Notes: generated by a model not told the origin, from the sequence alone. 64,000 nt of DNA from Bacteroidota bacterium (GCA_031402435.1 JANNSJ010000058.1:150213-214212); one strand, 5' to 3'; positions 17,367 through 28,059 are shown, numbered from the stretch's first letter. Numbers and translations: made by a program.

Positions 17367-19757
17367 ATGTTTAGAGAACATCAAAGCCTGAGCGTCAAGA
17401 GCGTCTTTGACAGCATCAAGCTGACGTCGGATTCCCTGCTGCGCCTGCTTATTGCGGCTTCACTCGTCGTGCTTCTTGCGGTGATGTTCCCGCGCGGTGA
17501 GGAGATTGATGTTGATTATAAAGTCGGGGCTGTATGGTCGCAGAAGGACGTCATCGCACCAATTTCCTTTGCTCTCTTGCGTGAAGCGCGAGAATACGAG
17601 AAGGATGTAGAGCACGCAAAGCAATCGGTGTATCCTGTGTTCGAGCGGGACGCAGCAAGCGAAAAACATCAACATGAAAGGTTGAACGGGTTCTTTGAAC
17701 ATTTGGATAGTACGCTTGACGCCAGAGGGACGCTGAAGCAAAGCCAGAAGGAGCGACGCCCGTCGTTGCCCCGCGATTCGACAACCTTTGGTCGCATATC
17801 GCAGCGTATGGAAATTCCCCTTGCAGACGGTGAATGGGAAACTCTTGCAGCACTGAGAATGTCGGGTGGCATTGAACAACTAAAGCACTCACTCGTCGTT
17901 GCGTTACAGGAATTTCATACCGTCGGTGTGCTCGACCGTCTCAAGAGCAGCCTTGTACGTCCCATCATTGCTCTGCGCAAAGGCTCGCAGGAAGAGATCA
18001 TCCCGGTGGCACGCCTGTATGATCCTGGTGATGTGCAGGAGCTTCTTGATAAGTTTCTTGTACTGTCTTTCAAGGCAGATATCAAAATCCGTTCCCTGGC
18101 ATACAAGATCGGCATTACGCTCTTCGAACCAAATATCAGGTTCAGCGAAGCCGCGACACGACAGGCAATGGAAGCGGCGATCAGCACCGTTTCCCGGACG
18201 AATGGGTTTGTACAGGAAAACGAACGCATTGTCAGCAAGCACGAGCGGATAACCCCGGAGATCAAGTTGAAACTTGAATCGCTTGAACGCTCGCGTGCCG
18301 AGCGCGGGTCAAAGAGGGACTATTCACTCCAGCGATTCGGAATCGTGCTTCACGTTGTGATTGTCGTAATGCTGTACGGCATTTATTTGTATCTTTTCCG
18401 AAAGCGGATTTTTTGGAACAACCGCCACCTCGCGCTCATTGCGTTGTTGATGGTGATGGAGGGTTTCTTCGCATACGTCACCAGGGAAATGGATGTCAAC
18501 GCTCCGATTGAGTTCCTGATCTTTGTCCCGGCGGCTTCAATGCTCTTGACGATCATTTTCGACTCACGGGTGGGGTTCTATGGTACGGTCATCATCTCGT
18601 TGCTGGTTGCAGGAATTCGCGGGAATGATTATGCCATAGCGCTGACATCCATCATTGCGGGCGCCTTGGCGGTTTATACCGTGCGAGACATGCGCAACCG
18701 GTCACAGATCTTCCGCTCTCTCGGATTCATCTTTCTTGGATATGTGCTTTCGATTGTCGCCCTTGGTGTTGAACGATTTGCATCCGCAAGCACGCTTGTG
18801 GAGCAGCTTGTCTATGGGCTTGCCAACGCCATCGTGTCACCTGTGTTGACCTATGGACTCCTGATCTTCTTCGAGCGCGTCTTCAGGGTGACTACCGACC
18901 TGACGTTGATGGAACTTTCGCACTTCAATCATCCACTCCTGAAAAAACTCTCCGAACAGGCGCCCGGCACGTATCATCACAGCCTGACGATAGCGACGCT
19001 TGCCGAATCCGCCGCCTCTGCTGTTGGAGCAAACGAAGTTCTTGCGCGGGTAGGGGCACTGTTTCATGATATTGGCAAACTAGTGAAGCCGATGTATTTT
19101 TCGGAGAATCAAAAAGGATCGCGCAACAGGCACGATAAACTCACTCCGCGGATGAGTTCACTGATCATCTCCGCGCATGTGAAGGAAGGTGTGGCCCTCG
19201 GCGAGGAACATAGCTTGCCACGGGAAGTGATCGACTTTATCCCGATGCACCACGGGACAACACGGATCGAGTACTTTTATAACAAGGCCATGAATCTCGC
19301 CAGTCAGTCCGATGATGAGACAAAGATCGAGGAGATCAATGAACAGGACTACCGGTATCCCGGCCCGAAGCCGCAAACTCGCGAAACGGGAATTCTGATG
19401 CTTGCCGATGCCGTGGAAGCGTCCACGCGGACACTGGATGATCCCTCACCACAAAAATTGGAAGGCGTCATCGGAGAAATTATCAAGAAGAGGTTTGAGG
19501 AGGGCGAGTTGGACGAGTGTCCGCTTACGCTCAAAGACCTGACGAAGATACGTGCTGCGTTCCTCAATGTGTTGGTAGGAATACATCATACTCGCGTCAA
19601 GTATCCTGAGTTGCCAAAGAAGAGAACCCCCAGACCCAAGCGAGCTACACAGCTCTCCGGGCTGGCGTCACAAGATGTGTCGGCAAGTTCACCAATAACA
19701 CCGGCCTCACCGGACGCTTCGGGCCAAACAGAGAATGGAACGCAGAAGACAGAATGA
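17367..19757 (+). CDS. 7TM-HD (HDIG) membrane phosphohydrolase, PgpH-like
   Basis: N-terminal TM, large extracellular domain, 7 TM block, then HHSL...LFHDIGK...MHHG...MLADAVEA. Confidence 0.9.
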   Translation: MFREHQSLSVKSVFDSIKLTSDSLLRLLIAASLVVLLAVMFPRGEEIDVDYKVGAVWSQKDVIAPISFALLREAREYEKDVEHAKQSVYPVFERDAASEKHQHERLNGFFEHLDSTLDARGTLKQSQKERRPSLPRDSTTFGRISQRMEIPLADGEWETLAALRMSGGIEQLKHSLVVALQEFHTVGVLDRLKSSLVRPIIALRKGSQEEIIPVARLYDPGDVQELLDKFLVLSFKADIKIRSLAYKIGITLFEPNIRFSEAATRQAMEAAISTVSRTNGFVQENERIVSKHERITPEIKLKLESLERSRAERGSKRDYSLQRFGIVLHVVIVVMLYGIYLYLFRKRIFWNNRHLALIALLMVMEGFFAYVTREMDVNAPIEFLIFVPAASMLLTIIFDSRVGFYGTVIISLLVAGIRGNDYAIALTSIIAGALAVYTVRDMRNRSQIFRSLGFIFLGYVLSIVALGVERFASASTLVEQLVYGLANAIVSPVLTYGLLIFFERVFRVTTDLTLMELSHFNHPLLKKLSEQAPGTYHHSLTIATLAESAASAVGANEVLARVGALFHDIGKLVKPMYFSENQKGSRNRHDKLTPRMSSLIISAHVKEGVALGEEHSLPREVIDFIPMHHGTTRIEYFYNKAMNLASQSDDETKIEEINEQDYRYPGPKPQTRETGILMLADAVEASTRTLDDPSPQKLEGVIGEIIKKRFEEGELDECPLTLKDLTKIRAAFLNVLVGIHHTRVKYPELPKKRTPRPKRATQLSGLASQDVSASSPITPASPDASGQTENGTQKTE

Positions 19758-20656
19758 ACGATCACGTAAGAGATTATATTCATTACTTGCAGTTGGAAAA
19801 GAACGCTTCGAAGAACACCGTCGCATCATACAGCCTTGATATTAAGAGATACGTGGAGTTTCTTCGGGCCCATCGTGTGAAGGCTCTCGAAGCAGTGACG
19901 GAAGTGCATATGTCTCGCTTCATGACTGCATTGCACCATGAAGGACTATCCCCCCGATCTGTGACGCGGACACTTTCTGCAGTCAAAGGTTTTCACAAGT
20001 TTCTGGTTGGAGATGGTCTCGTTCACGCGAACCCGGCCGATAACATTGACCGCCCAAAACTTCCGCGCTCGCTCCCTGACGTATTAAGTCAACCCGAAGT
20101 GGATGCGATCTTAAATCAACCGGTTGCACTGCCGAACGACAAGCGCAACCTGTGGCTGCGCGACAAGGCGATTCTCGAGACACTCTACGCTACCGGCATG
20201 AGGGTGTCCGAAGTAATTGGCCTGAAGCAGGCAAATGTCCTGCCGGAGGAGGGAATCGTTCGCGTCTTTGGCAAGGGATCGAAGGAACGGATTGTGCCCA
20301 TTGGCGGTTCTGCACTACGATGGATTGCCCGTTATCAAAAGGAAGTACGAGGTCTTCTTGTTAAGAAAGGGAAATCGCAGGACGCCTTGTTCCTGAACGT
20401 CCGTGGAACGGCAATGACGCGTATGTCCGTCTGGAACATCGTCCAGGAATACACCACGAGCGCCGGGATTACGAAGGATGTGCATCCGCATACGTTCCGC
20501 CATTCATTTGCGACACACCTGCTCGAAGGTGGTGCGGATCTCCGCGCTGTGCAGGAGATGCTCGGGCACTCGGATATTTCAACGACACAGATTTATACTC
20601 ACATTGATCGTGAGTACCTGAAGGAAGTCCACAAGACATTTCATCCGAGAGGATGA
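19754..20656 (+). CDS. xerD: Site-specific tyrosine recombinase XerD
   Basis: RDKAILETLYATGMRVSE, GKGSKER, HPHTFRHSFATHLLEGGADLRAVQEMLGHSDISTTQIYTH. Confidence 0.93.
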   Translation: MNDHVRDYIHYLQLEKNASKNTVASYSLDIKRYVEFLRAHRVKALEAVTEVHMSRFMTALHHEGLSPRSVTRTLSAVKGFHKFLVGDGLVHANPADNIDRPKLPRSLPDVLSQPEVDAILNQPVALPNDKRNLWLRDKAILETLYATGMRVSEVIGLKQANVLPEEGIVRVFGKGSKERIVPIGGSALRWIARYQKEVRGLLVKKGKSQDALFLNVRGTAMTRMSVWNIVQEYTTSAGITKDVHPHTFRHSFATHLLEGGADLRAVQEMLGHSDISTTQIYTHIDREYLKEVHKTFHPRG

Positions 20657-20683
20657 CAATTGAATACCATCACGGAGAAAGGT

Positions 20684-22147
20684 ATGAGTACTTCATCCAA
20701 ACGTAATGGGTATCCCACGACAGTTGCCGCGTTGCGCGACCAGGTCGTTGGGATTGACACGAAAGTTCCAGTGCTCGGTGACAGTGAACGCCCGTATGTA
20801 TTTCTCGATAACGGTGCAAGTACGCCAACGTTCAAGCGGGTGATGCAATGCATCCAGGAGTTCATGCCCTGGTATTCGGGTGTCCATCGCGGCACCGGAT
20901 TCAAATCGTGGGTGGCAACCGATGCATACGACAGGGCACATGAAGTCGTGGGCCGGTTTGTTGGTACGGATCTCTCCTCGAATATTGTGACGTTCACCAA
21001 GAACACGACGGAATGTGTCAATAAACTTGCCAGCAGGTTCATGTTCCAACCGGGCGACATCGTTGTGACGACGTCGATGGAGCATCATTCCAATGACCTC
21101 CCATGGCGGAAGTATGCAACAGTGATTCACACGCCTCTTATTGAACATGGATACCTCGATCTGAATGCCCTTCAGGAAATTCTCCTTGAATTCAAAGGAA
21201 AAGTGAAACTCGTCGCTGTCAACGGCGCGTCGAATATTACCGGCATATGTTCCCCTATTCATCAAATTGCAGAGATGTCCCACGCAGTCGGAGCGATGAT
21301 CTTTGTCGACGCCGCCCAACTTGTGCCGCACCGCAGTGTCGACATTTTGCCGAATGACGATCCACAACACATTGATTTCCTTGCGTTCAGCGCGCACAAG
21401 ATGTATGCGCCGTTCGGCACAGGCGTTTTGATCGGTCCGAAGAAGTTCTTTGAAGAGAGTGAGCCTGACGCCGTAGGCGGAGGTGTTGCAGCAATCGTTA
21501 CGCTTGACGATGTACAATGGAACGAGGCACCGCACAACGACGAAGCCGGCAGTCCAAACGTTGTGGGCGGCATTGCCCTCGCGGAAGCATGCTGCATGTT
21601 ACAGGCTGTAGGGATGGACGCAATAGCAGAGCACGAGTTGCATCTCCTTGAATATGCGTACAAAAAACTGGGGAACATTCCGGGAATCGTTTTCTATGGG
21701 CCAACTGAGCGGCTTGAGGATAAAGTCGGCGTGATCGCGTTCAACATGCGGGGCATGCATCCTGGGCTTGTTGGTGCAATCTTGAGTGTGGAGGGCGGCA
21801 TCGGTGTGCGCAATGGATATTTTTGCGCGCAACCGTACGTGAAGAAGCTGCTCAATGTGGATGATGGCGCCGCAATGGTCTCTGGTTGCGGAGTCGTGAC
21901 GTCCGATGTGACAACATTCCCGGGCATGGTGCGGGCAAGCTTCGGATGTTATTCAAATGTAGATGATGTCGATGCATTGGTGGACATGCTTGTCCGTATC
22001 AGTCGCAATGAATACAAAGGAAAGTATACGCAGGATCCCGCAACAGGAAGGTTCTCGGCTGATGATTTCTCGGTGTCACTGCAGTCGTACTTCCCGTATC
22101 TCATGACGGATTCGCTTCACGAAGGTCAACACTCTGAGGCTTCATGA
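20684..22147 (+). CDS. Class V aminotransferase / cysteine desulfurase (SufS/CsdA-like)
   Basis: FLDNGAST, VDAAQ, FSAHKMYAP (PLP lysine), VRNGYFCAQPY (catalytic Cys region), VRASFG. Confidence 0.9.
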   Translation: MSTSSKRNGYPTTVAALRDQVVGIDTKVPVLGDSERPYVFLDNGASTPTFKRVMQCIQEFMPWYSGVHRGTGFKSWVATDAYDRAHEVVGRFVGTDLSSNIVTFTKNTTECVNKLASRFMFQPGDIVVTTSMEHHSNDLPWRKYATVIHTPLIEHGYLDLNALQEILLEFKGKVKLVAVNGASNITGICSPIHQIAEMSHAVGAMIFVDAAQLVPHRSVDILPNDDPQHIDFLAFSAHKMYAPFGTGVLIGPKKFFEESEPDAVGGGVAAIVTLDDVQWNEAPHNDEAGSPNVVGGIALAEACCMLQAVGMDAIAEHELHLLEYAYKKLGNIPGIVFYGPTERLEDKVGVIAFNMRGMHPGLVGAILSVEGGIGVRNGYFCAQPYVKKLLNVDDGAAMVSGCGVVTSDVTTFPGMVRASFGCYSNVDDVDALVDMLVRISRNEYKGKYTQDPATGRFSADDFSVSLQSYFPYLMTDSLHEGQHSEAS

Positions 22148-22812
22148 TTGACCAGCTCTATATTCTTCCTATCCTTCTTTTCTCGGTGATTATTCACGAA
22201 GTTGCACACGGCTATATGGCGCTGAAGTTGGGCGACCCGACCGCACAATCACTCGGCAGACTGACGCTCAATCCTCTGCCTCATATTGATCTCATCGGCT
22301 CGATCATCGTGCCATTGATTTCCCTGGTGAGCGTTGGGTCTGTGTTTATCGCGTGGGCAAAGCCCGTTCCCGTGAATCATGGAAACTTCGTCCATCCCCG
22401 GCGCGACGATTTTCTCGTTTCGATTGTTGGACCCGGATCGAACATTGTTCTCGCGTTTGTCTGCTGCATTGCAGTGATTGTTCTTCGGTCTGTGGCGGCG
22501 CTACTGAATCCGGAACAACCCTCACTCGCAACCGATGCTGTGGAATTTTTTCTGAAGATGTTCTACGGAGGGATTTATCTGAACATTGTTCTTGCCGTTT
22601 TCAATCTTCTCCCCGTACCTCCCCTGGATGGGTCGCACGTACTCGCCGCGTTCCTTCCGGCCCGCCTTGCAAATGGCTACCGCAGTATCGGTTTTGCTGG
22701 GATACTCCTGTTGATTGTGTTGATGCGCGTCCCGCTCGTGAACGAGACATTCTACGCGATCATCAGGGGGATCTTTGTACCGTTTAATATGCTCATGTTG
22801 CTGTTTGTCTAA
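22144..22812 (+). CDS. Site-2 protease family (M50) membrane metalloprotease
   Basis: HEVAH zinc motif; FNLLPVPPLDGSH. Confidence 0.9.
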   Translation: MIDQLYILPILLFSVIIHEVAHGYMALKLGDPTAQSLGRLTLNPLPHIDLIGSIIVPLISLVSVGSVFIAWAKPVPVNHGNFVHPRRDDFLVSIVGPGSNIVLAFVCCIAVIVLRSVAALLNPEQPSLATDAVEFFLKMFYGGIYLNIVLAVFNLLPVPPLDGSHVLAAFLPARLANGYRSIGFAGILLLIVLMRVPLVNETFYAIIRGIFVPFNMLMLLFV

Positions 22813-22824
22813 CGACCGAAACCC

Positions 22825-24087
22825 GTGCAAGAGTTTACATACCGTGATAACGAATTGATGGTGGAAAAGCTCAGGCTTCGTGATTTGGCCGAGAAGTTCG
22901 GTACGCCTTTGTATGTGTACAGCAGGCGTTCCGTCATCGATCATTGCCGCCACATTGAACAAGCATTCGGCGGGTACGAACACCTGACGTGCTATGCAGC
23001 GAAAGCGAACAGCAATCGGGCGCTGCTAAAGGTGATTGCTGGCGAAGGGCTTGGCGTCGATGTCGGATCTGTTGGTGAGTTGTATCTCGCACTTGCATCC
23101 GGGTTTCCATCGGAGAAGATCACGTTCAGTGGAGTTGGTAAACGCGACGATGAAATTGAATATGCGCTGACCAAGGACATCCTGGTTTTTAACGTCGAAA
23201 GTAGGGAAGAGATCGAAGTTCTCGATCAGATTGCAGGTAGACTTGACAAATCAGCGCGCATCCTTCTGCGTGTAAATCTTGATATTGACGCGGGTGGCCA
23301 TTCCTACATCTCCACAGGTCTGAAACAAAACAAGTTCGGCATCGAACAACGTCACGCTCTCGAAGTGTTGCAATGGGCTCAACGACTTCCACATATCGAA
23401 GTACGCGGGATCCATAGTCATATCGGTTCCCAAATTATCAAGACAGAGACATTCAGCGCTGCTGCTCGCTCACTTGTTGCACTTGTGCAGCAATTGCGAG
23501 CCGCGGGTGTGCCGGTGCATGATCTGGATTTCGGCGGCGGATTCGGTGTGCAGTACAAAGGATATATCAACCATCCCGGTCTCCCCGTCGAAGAGCCGGA
23601 GGAATCCAACCTGTCGGCAGCGACGCTCGTGAAGGCAGTGATTCCACTTCTCAAAGACATCGGGTGCCGTATCTCCATTCAGCCGGGCAGATCCATTATT
23701 GCGCATGCCGGGGTTTTGCTCACGAAGGTTCTCTACCGCAAGGTGAGCGATGAAAAGGTATTTATTGTGGTGGATGGGGGTATGAATGATCTCCTCAGGC
23801 CAAGTTTGTATCATGCCCACCACCAGATTGTTCCGCTGAACGTTGACGGGGCATCGCATGAGATGGTCGATGTTGTTGGCCCTCTTTGTGAGTCGGGAGA
23901 TTTTCTCGCCCTTGACCGGGTGCTGCCTGGCGTAAAACGTGGTGACTACCTTGGTGTCATGTGTACCGGTGCATATGGGTATGCCTTGGCATCGAACTAT
24001 ATTGCAAGGCCACGCGCAGCAGAGGTGCTCGTGGACGGAGAACATGCCACAGTGATTCGTGAGCGCGAAACCATTGAAGAACTTTGA
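22825..24087 (+). CDS. lysA: Diaminopimelate decarboxylase
   Basis: YAAKAN, HSHIGSQ, DFGGGFG, GPLCESGD, GAYG; adjacent to asd. Confidence 0.95.
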   Translation: MQEFTYRDNELMVEKLRLRDLAEKFGTPLYVYSRRSVIDHCRHIEQAFGGYEHLTCYAAKANSNRALLKVIAGEGLGVDVGSVGELYLALASGFPSEKITFSGVGKRDDEIEYALTKDILVFNVESREEIEVLDQIAGRLDKSARILLRVNLDIDAGGHSYISTGLKQNKFGIEQRHALEVLQWAQRLPHIEVRGIHSHIGSQIIKTETFSAAARSLVALVQQLRAAGVPVHDLDFGGGFGVQYKGYINHPGLPVEEPEESNLSAATLVKAVIPLLKDIGCRISIQPGRSIIAHAGVLLTKVLYRKVSDEKVFIVVDGGMNDLLRPSLYHAHHQIVPLNVDGASHEMVDVVGPLCESGDFLALDRVLPGVKRGDYLGVMCTGAYGYALASNYIARPRAAEVLVDGEHATVIRERETIEEL

Positions 24088-24108
24088 ACACAAAAACATT
24101 CAGAGCAT

Positions 24109-25104
24109 ATGCGAACATGTAATGTAGCAGTTGTCGGCGCGACAGGCCTGGTCGGCAGGAAAATGATTCAGGTATTGCAAGAGCGGAAATTCCCCCTCGG
24201 GAACCTTGTGCTGCTTGCATCTAAACGCTCGGCGGGAAAGGAAGTCAACGTTGCGGGTACGATACAAAAGGTACAAGAACTCACACCATTGTCGTTCCAT
24301 GGAGTTGACGTGGCGTTATTCTCTGCCGGAGCCTCGGTCAGCAAGGAGTTTGCTGCGCATGCCGTGCAGTCAGGAACGCTTGTCATCGACAACAGCAGCG
24401 CGTTCCGCATGGATGAACATGTACCGCTTGTTGTTCCGGAAGTCAACCGCCAGATGATCTTCCATCACAAGGGAATCATTGCCAACCCGAATTGTTCCAC
24501 TATACAAATGGTTGTGGCATTGAAGCCGTTGCATGATCGATGGAAAATCAAGCGCGTTGTTGTTTCGACGTATCAATCTGTAACCGGAGCAGGACAAAAA
24601 GGGCTTTCCCAGCTTGAAGAAGAAGTTGCCGGCAAGACGGTGGGAGAAATGAAATTCGCTCATCAGATTGCATTCAATGCCCTCCCGCACGTCGACGTGT
24701 TTTTTGATGATGGGTATACACGGGAAGAGCACAAAATGGTGAATGAGACGAAGAAGATCATGGGAGACCCTTCGATTCACGTGACTGCCACCTGTGTTCG
24801 TGTCCCCGTATGGGGTGGACACAGTGAGGCGGTGAATGTTGAATTTGAACATCCGTTTGATCTGTCAGAACTGCGGGAAGCGCTCTCTCGTGCGCCGGGT
24901 GTTGTTGTTGTGGATGACCCGTCCAACGCACTATACCCGATGCCGATCACGGCGTGGGGTCGTGATGAAGTATTCGTTGGACGGTTGCGCCGCGACGATA
25001 CTGTACCGAGTGGTTTGAACATGTGGGTGGTCTCTGACAACCTGCGTAAAGGGGCTGCAACGAATGCCGTGCAAATTGCCCAGGAGTGGCTGAAAGGAAA
25101 TTAA
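24109..25104 (+). CDS. asd: Aspartate-semialdehyde dehydrogenase
   Basis: VGATGLVG, NPNCSTIQ, SDNLRKGAATNAVQIA. Confidence 0.97.
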   Translation: MRTCNVAVVGATGLVGRKMIQVLQERKFPLGNLVLLASKRSAGKEVNVAGTIQKVQELTPLSFHGVDVALFSAGASVSKEFAAHAVQSGTLVIDNSSAFRMDEHVPLVVPEVNRQMIFHHKGIIANPNCSTIQMVVALKPLHDRWKIKRVVVSTYQSVTGAGQKGLSQLEEEVAGKTVGEMKFAHQIAFNALPHVDVFFDDGYTREEHKMVNETKKIMGDPSIHVTATCVRVPVWGGHSEAVNVEFEHPFDLSELREALSRAPGVVVVDDPSNALYPMPITAWGRDEVFVGRLRRDDTVPSGLNMWVVSDNLRKGAATNAVQIAQEWLKGN

Positions 25105-25105
25105 C

Positions 25106-25678
25106 ATGCATCGACAGCGAAGGGTCGGGATGGGTGAGTGGAAGTTGCCTGTGTATGCCGCGATCCTTTTCTTCGTTTCTCTCTGTGTGCCGGGGTGTTT
25201 GTTCGTACGAACGACCGAGCATATCTTTACAGTGAGGGAGGATGGCTCCGGTGAGGGAGTGATTCACCTGACCGACATCCGTTCAGACGCCACCACCGAC
25301 TCTCTCGTGAAACGAGACTTTGATGACATGATGACAGCGTATGGTTCAAAGAAGGTTTCAGAATTTGAAAGACGCGGACGGACGATCACGGCAAAGCGCC
25401 TGCGTGTCCGGGGCGATACACTGATGGCGGAGATTACCTACGCGTTCCTATCGCCCGAAGCGATCGACGGCCTGCGCATCAACAACGACGAAGTGTCAAT
25501 GATGTTTGCTCCTGAACGTGAAGTGATTCGCACCAACGGTAAAGTGAGCACAACGGACAAGCAGGAAACCCGTATCGTGTGGCCCCGGGACGCGACGCGA
25601 TTTGTATACGAAGTACGCGAAAGGGAACTGCCGCCGAGCGTGCCAATGGCATTTCTGTATCAAAAGTATGCTCGTTAA
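25106..25678 (+). CDS. Putative lipoprotein, unknown function
   Basis: Hydrophobic leader ending in VPGC; starts 1 nt after the asd stop. Confidence 0.7.
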   Translation: MHRQRRVGMGEWKLPVYAAILFFVSLCVPGCLFVRTTEHIFTVREDGSGEGVIHLTDIRSDATTDSLVKRDFDDMMTAYGSKKVSEFERRGRTITAKRLRVRGDTLMAEITYAFLSPEAIDGLRINNDEVSMMFAPEREVIRTNGKVSTTDKQETRIVWPRDATRFVYEVRERELPPSVPMAFLYQKYAR

Positions 25679-25741
25679 CTGCAAAAGCTTCATCCTGAGT
25701 TGATTGAAACTCAGTTCTGTTTTCGGTATTATCAACACGTT

Positions 25742-26494
25742 ATGACTTCCTCACAAATAACTTCTCAGCTTGTCGATGTCTGTCACCGGTTGTACAACGG
25801 TGGCATGGTCACGGCCACCGACGGAAACGTGAGTGTCCGGCTACCGAACGGCAACATCCTCACGACCCGCTCAGGTATCAACAAAGGAATGGTGGCGGAG
25901 AACGATTTCGTTGTTGTCACATTGAACGGAGAACAAATCAGTGGAAGCGGCAAGCCGTCGACGGAAGTGGGAATGCACTTGTTCATCTACCGTGAACGGC
26001 CTGACGTGCATGCCGTTGTGCATGCGCATCCCGTCTACGCAACAGGATTTGCAACTGCAGGAATCGGCCTTGATGCGTGTGTGTTCCCGGAGGTTATCGT
26101 GGGACTTGGCGCTGTTCCGCTTGCCGGGTATGCAACGCCCTCAACGCCGGAAGTGGCTGCATCGCTGGCGCCGTTCGTGAAAACAGCCGATGCGATTCTC
26201 CTCGCCAACCATGGAGTGGTAACGTATGGCAGCGAACTCTATGAAGCATATTTCAAGATGGAGAAAGTTGAGCATGCCGCCCGCATTACGTTCGTGGCAA
26301 CAATGCTTGGCGGGGCACGCACCCTAACGAACGAAGAACTGAACAAGTTACGCAGTGTAAGTGTACAAAGTTACGGCAAGGATTTCTCTACGAAGATTGC
26401 TTGCGAGCTTGACGAGCCGGGAAACTCCGATGTTTCTGAAGAACAGGTGAAAACATACATTGCTGAAAAGCTTCACGCTCTTGGCCTCCATTAA
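25742..26494 (+). CDS. Class II aldolase/adducin family protein
   Basis: ATDGNVSVR, KPSTE, HLFIY...VVHAHP, LLANHG metal ligands. Confidence 0.9.
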   Translation: MTSSQITSQLVDVCHRLYNGGMVTATDGNVSVRLPNGNILTTRSGINKGMVAENDFVVVTLNGEQISGSGKPSTEVGMHLFIYRERPDVHAVVHAHPVYATGFATAGIGLDACVFPEVIVGLGAVPLAGYATPSTPEVAASLAPFVKTADAILLANHGVVTYGSELYEAYFKMEKVEHAARITFVATMLGGARTLTNEELNKLRSVSVQSYGKDFSTKIACELDEPGNSDVSEEQVKTYIAEKLHALGLH

Positions 26495-26529
26495 TCCATC
26501 ATCCAATCCAATATAACCAACACGTTTCA

Positions 26530-27645
26530 ATGGCAAGCAGGATCAGAGTTGGCGTCATTTTCGGCGGTCGTTCAGGTGAACATGAAGTCTCGCTTGTCTC
26601 CGCCACATCACTCATCAATGCGCTCGATAAGGAAAAATACGAAGTCATTCCGATTGGCATTACGCAAGCTGGCCGGTGGCTCAGCTCTGGAAGAGCCCTG
26701 CAACTGTTGAAGTCCAAAGAGGGTCTCGAGCAGGAACCCGAACGTTTTCTTGCGCCCGAACCGAACCGCCAGGCGTTGGTATCCGTTAACGGTGAAAGCG
26801 ATTCACAGCTTGACGTTGTGTTTCCTCTTGTTCACGGCACGTACGGTGAGGATGGGACTCTCCAGGGATTGCTGGAACTTGCAAATATTCCATATGTTGG
26901 CGCGGGAGTACTTGGCTCGGCGGTCGGTATGGATAAGATTGTCCAGAAACAACTCTATGAACAGGCGGGGATTCCCGTTTCGAAGTACGTCTGGTTTCTC
27001 TCCAGCGAGTGCAAGGCAAAACCAAAGAGGGTTGTGGCTGAAGTTGAGAAGAAGCTGAAATATCCCGTCTTCACAAAACCTGCGAACACGGGATCAAGCG
27101 TTGGCATCACGAAAGCGCACGACAGGGAGGAACTGGTCGAAGGGATTGCGATGGCCGCCTCATATGACAGAAAAATTGTCGTTGAGCAGGGAGTAAGGAA
27201 TGTTCGCGAGATTGAATGCAGTGTGCTCGGAAACGACGATCCGATTTCTTCTGTGCCTGGAGAGATCATCCCTTCAAATGAGTTCTATGACTACGATGCG
27301 AAGTACGTAGATGGGAAGTCCACATCGGTGATCCCGGCGAAGCTGCCGAAGAAGGTCGTAAAGGAAATTCAAAAACTGGCGGTGCAGGCGTTCAGAGTGC
27401 TTGATCTTGCGGGGATGGCACGTGTGGATTTCTTCGTCACGAAAAAAGACACGATCTATCTTAATGAAGTCAATACCATTCCCGGCTTCACGTCCATCAG
27501 CATGTATCCGAAGCTGTGGGAAGCATCGGGGGTTTCGTACAGCGAGTTGCTCGACCGCTTGATTGCGCTTGCCATTGACCGGCATCGCGAGAAAAACGCG
27601 ATCCAAACAACATATCAACCGGTGAAGGACTGGTACAACCAGTAG
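26530..27645 (+). CDS. ddl: D-alanine--D-alanine ligase
   Basis: [37 protein letters not shown]. Confidence 0.95.
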   Translation: MASRIRVGVIFGGRSGEHEVSLVSATSLINALDKEKYEVIPIGITQAGRWLSSGRALQLLKSKEGLEQEPERFLAPEPNRQALVSVNGESDSQLDVVFPLVHGTYGEDGTLQGLLELANIPYVGAGVLGSAVGMDKIVQKQLYEQAGIPVSKYVWFLSSECKAKPKRVVAEVEKKLKYPVFTKPANTGSSVGITKAHDREELVEGIAMAASYDRKIVVEQGVRNVREIECSVLGNDDPISSVPGEIIPSNEFYDYDAKYVDGKSTSVIPAKLPKKVVKEIQKLAVQAFRVLDLAGMARVDFFVTKKDTIYLNEVNTIPGFTSISMYPKLWEASGVSYSELLDRLIALAIDRHREKNAIQTTYQPVKDWYNQ

Positions 27646-27654
27646 GCGACATCT

Positions 27655-28059
27655 CTACCGTGGTCGCGCTTCAAACCTTCCGGAGGCCATGATTCCGGCG
27701 AATCCAATCTGGGTCCAGGAACCAAAGTAGCCTCCACGTTGAATCATACCATCAACGATGTAGTTGTTATCAGCATAACCCGGATACAGATCAACAACAA
27801 TCCTTCCATTCTCGATACTCCCGCGTAATTCCCCGGTTCCTCGCGTTGAGAGTTGCCATGTGCCTGTGACATGTTCCGGGTCGCTCACATTGAGCAGCAG
27901 CCAGCCGGTTTCGTCGATGCGCTCTGTGCTGTCGTAGCTTGTGTAGACAAATGCACCGGTTGGCACCGGAGGTGATGGCACTGCTGTGGTTTCGGAATCC
28001 CTGCAGCTCCATCCAAGAATCACGCTCAACAGTATTGCCAACAGTGTTCGTATTCTCAT
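27655..28059 (-). CDS. Putative small beta-rich lipoprotein
   Basis: GGAGG RBS before ATG 28059; lipobox-like LGWSC. Confidence 0.65.
   Translation of the reverse strand: MRIRTLLAILLSVILGWSCRDSETTAVPSPPVPTGAFVYTSYDSTERIDETGWLLLNVSDPEHVTGTWQLSTRGTGELRGSIENGRIVVDLYPGYADNNYIVDGMIQRGGYFGSWTQIGFAGIMASGRFEARPR

Noticed and set aside
19754-20656. Tyrosine recombinase as the integrase of the tRNA-Leu island
   Set aside because: It has canonical XerD motifs, sits in a housekeeping operon 16 kb outside the att repeats and has no mobile context.
20684-22147. A complete Suf/Isc Fe-S assembly locus
   Set aside because: Only a lone class V enzyme is present; no sufBCD, sufE or iscU nearby, so no pathway is assigned.
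26492-26520. AATCC-rich mini-repeat before ddl
   Set aside because: Too short and irregular to distinguish from background.
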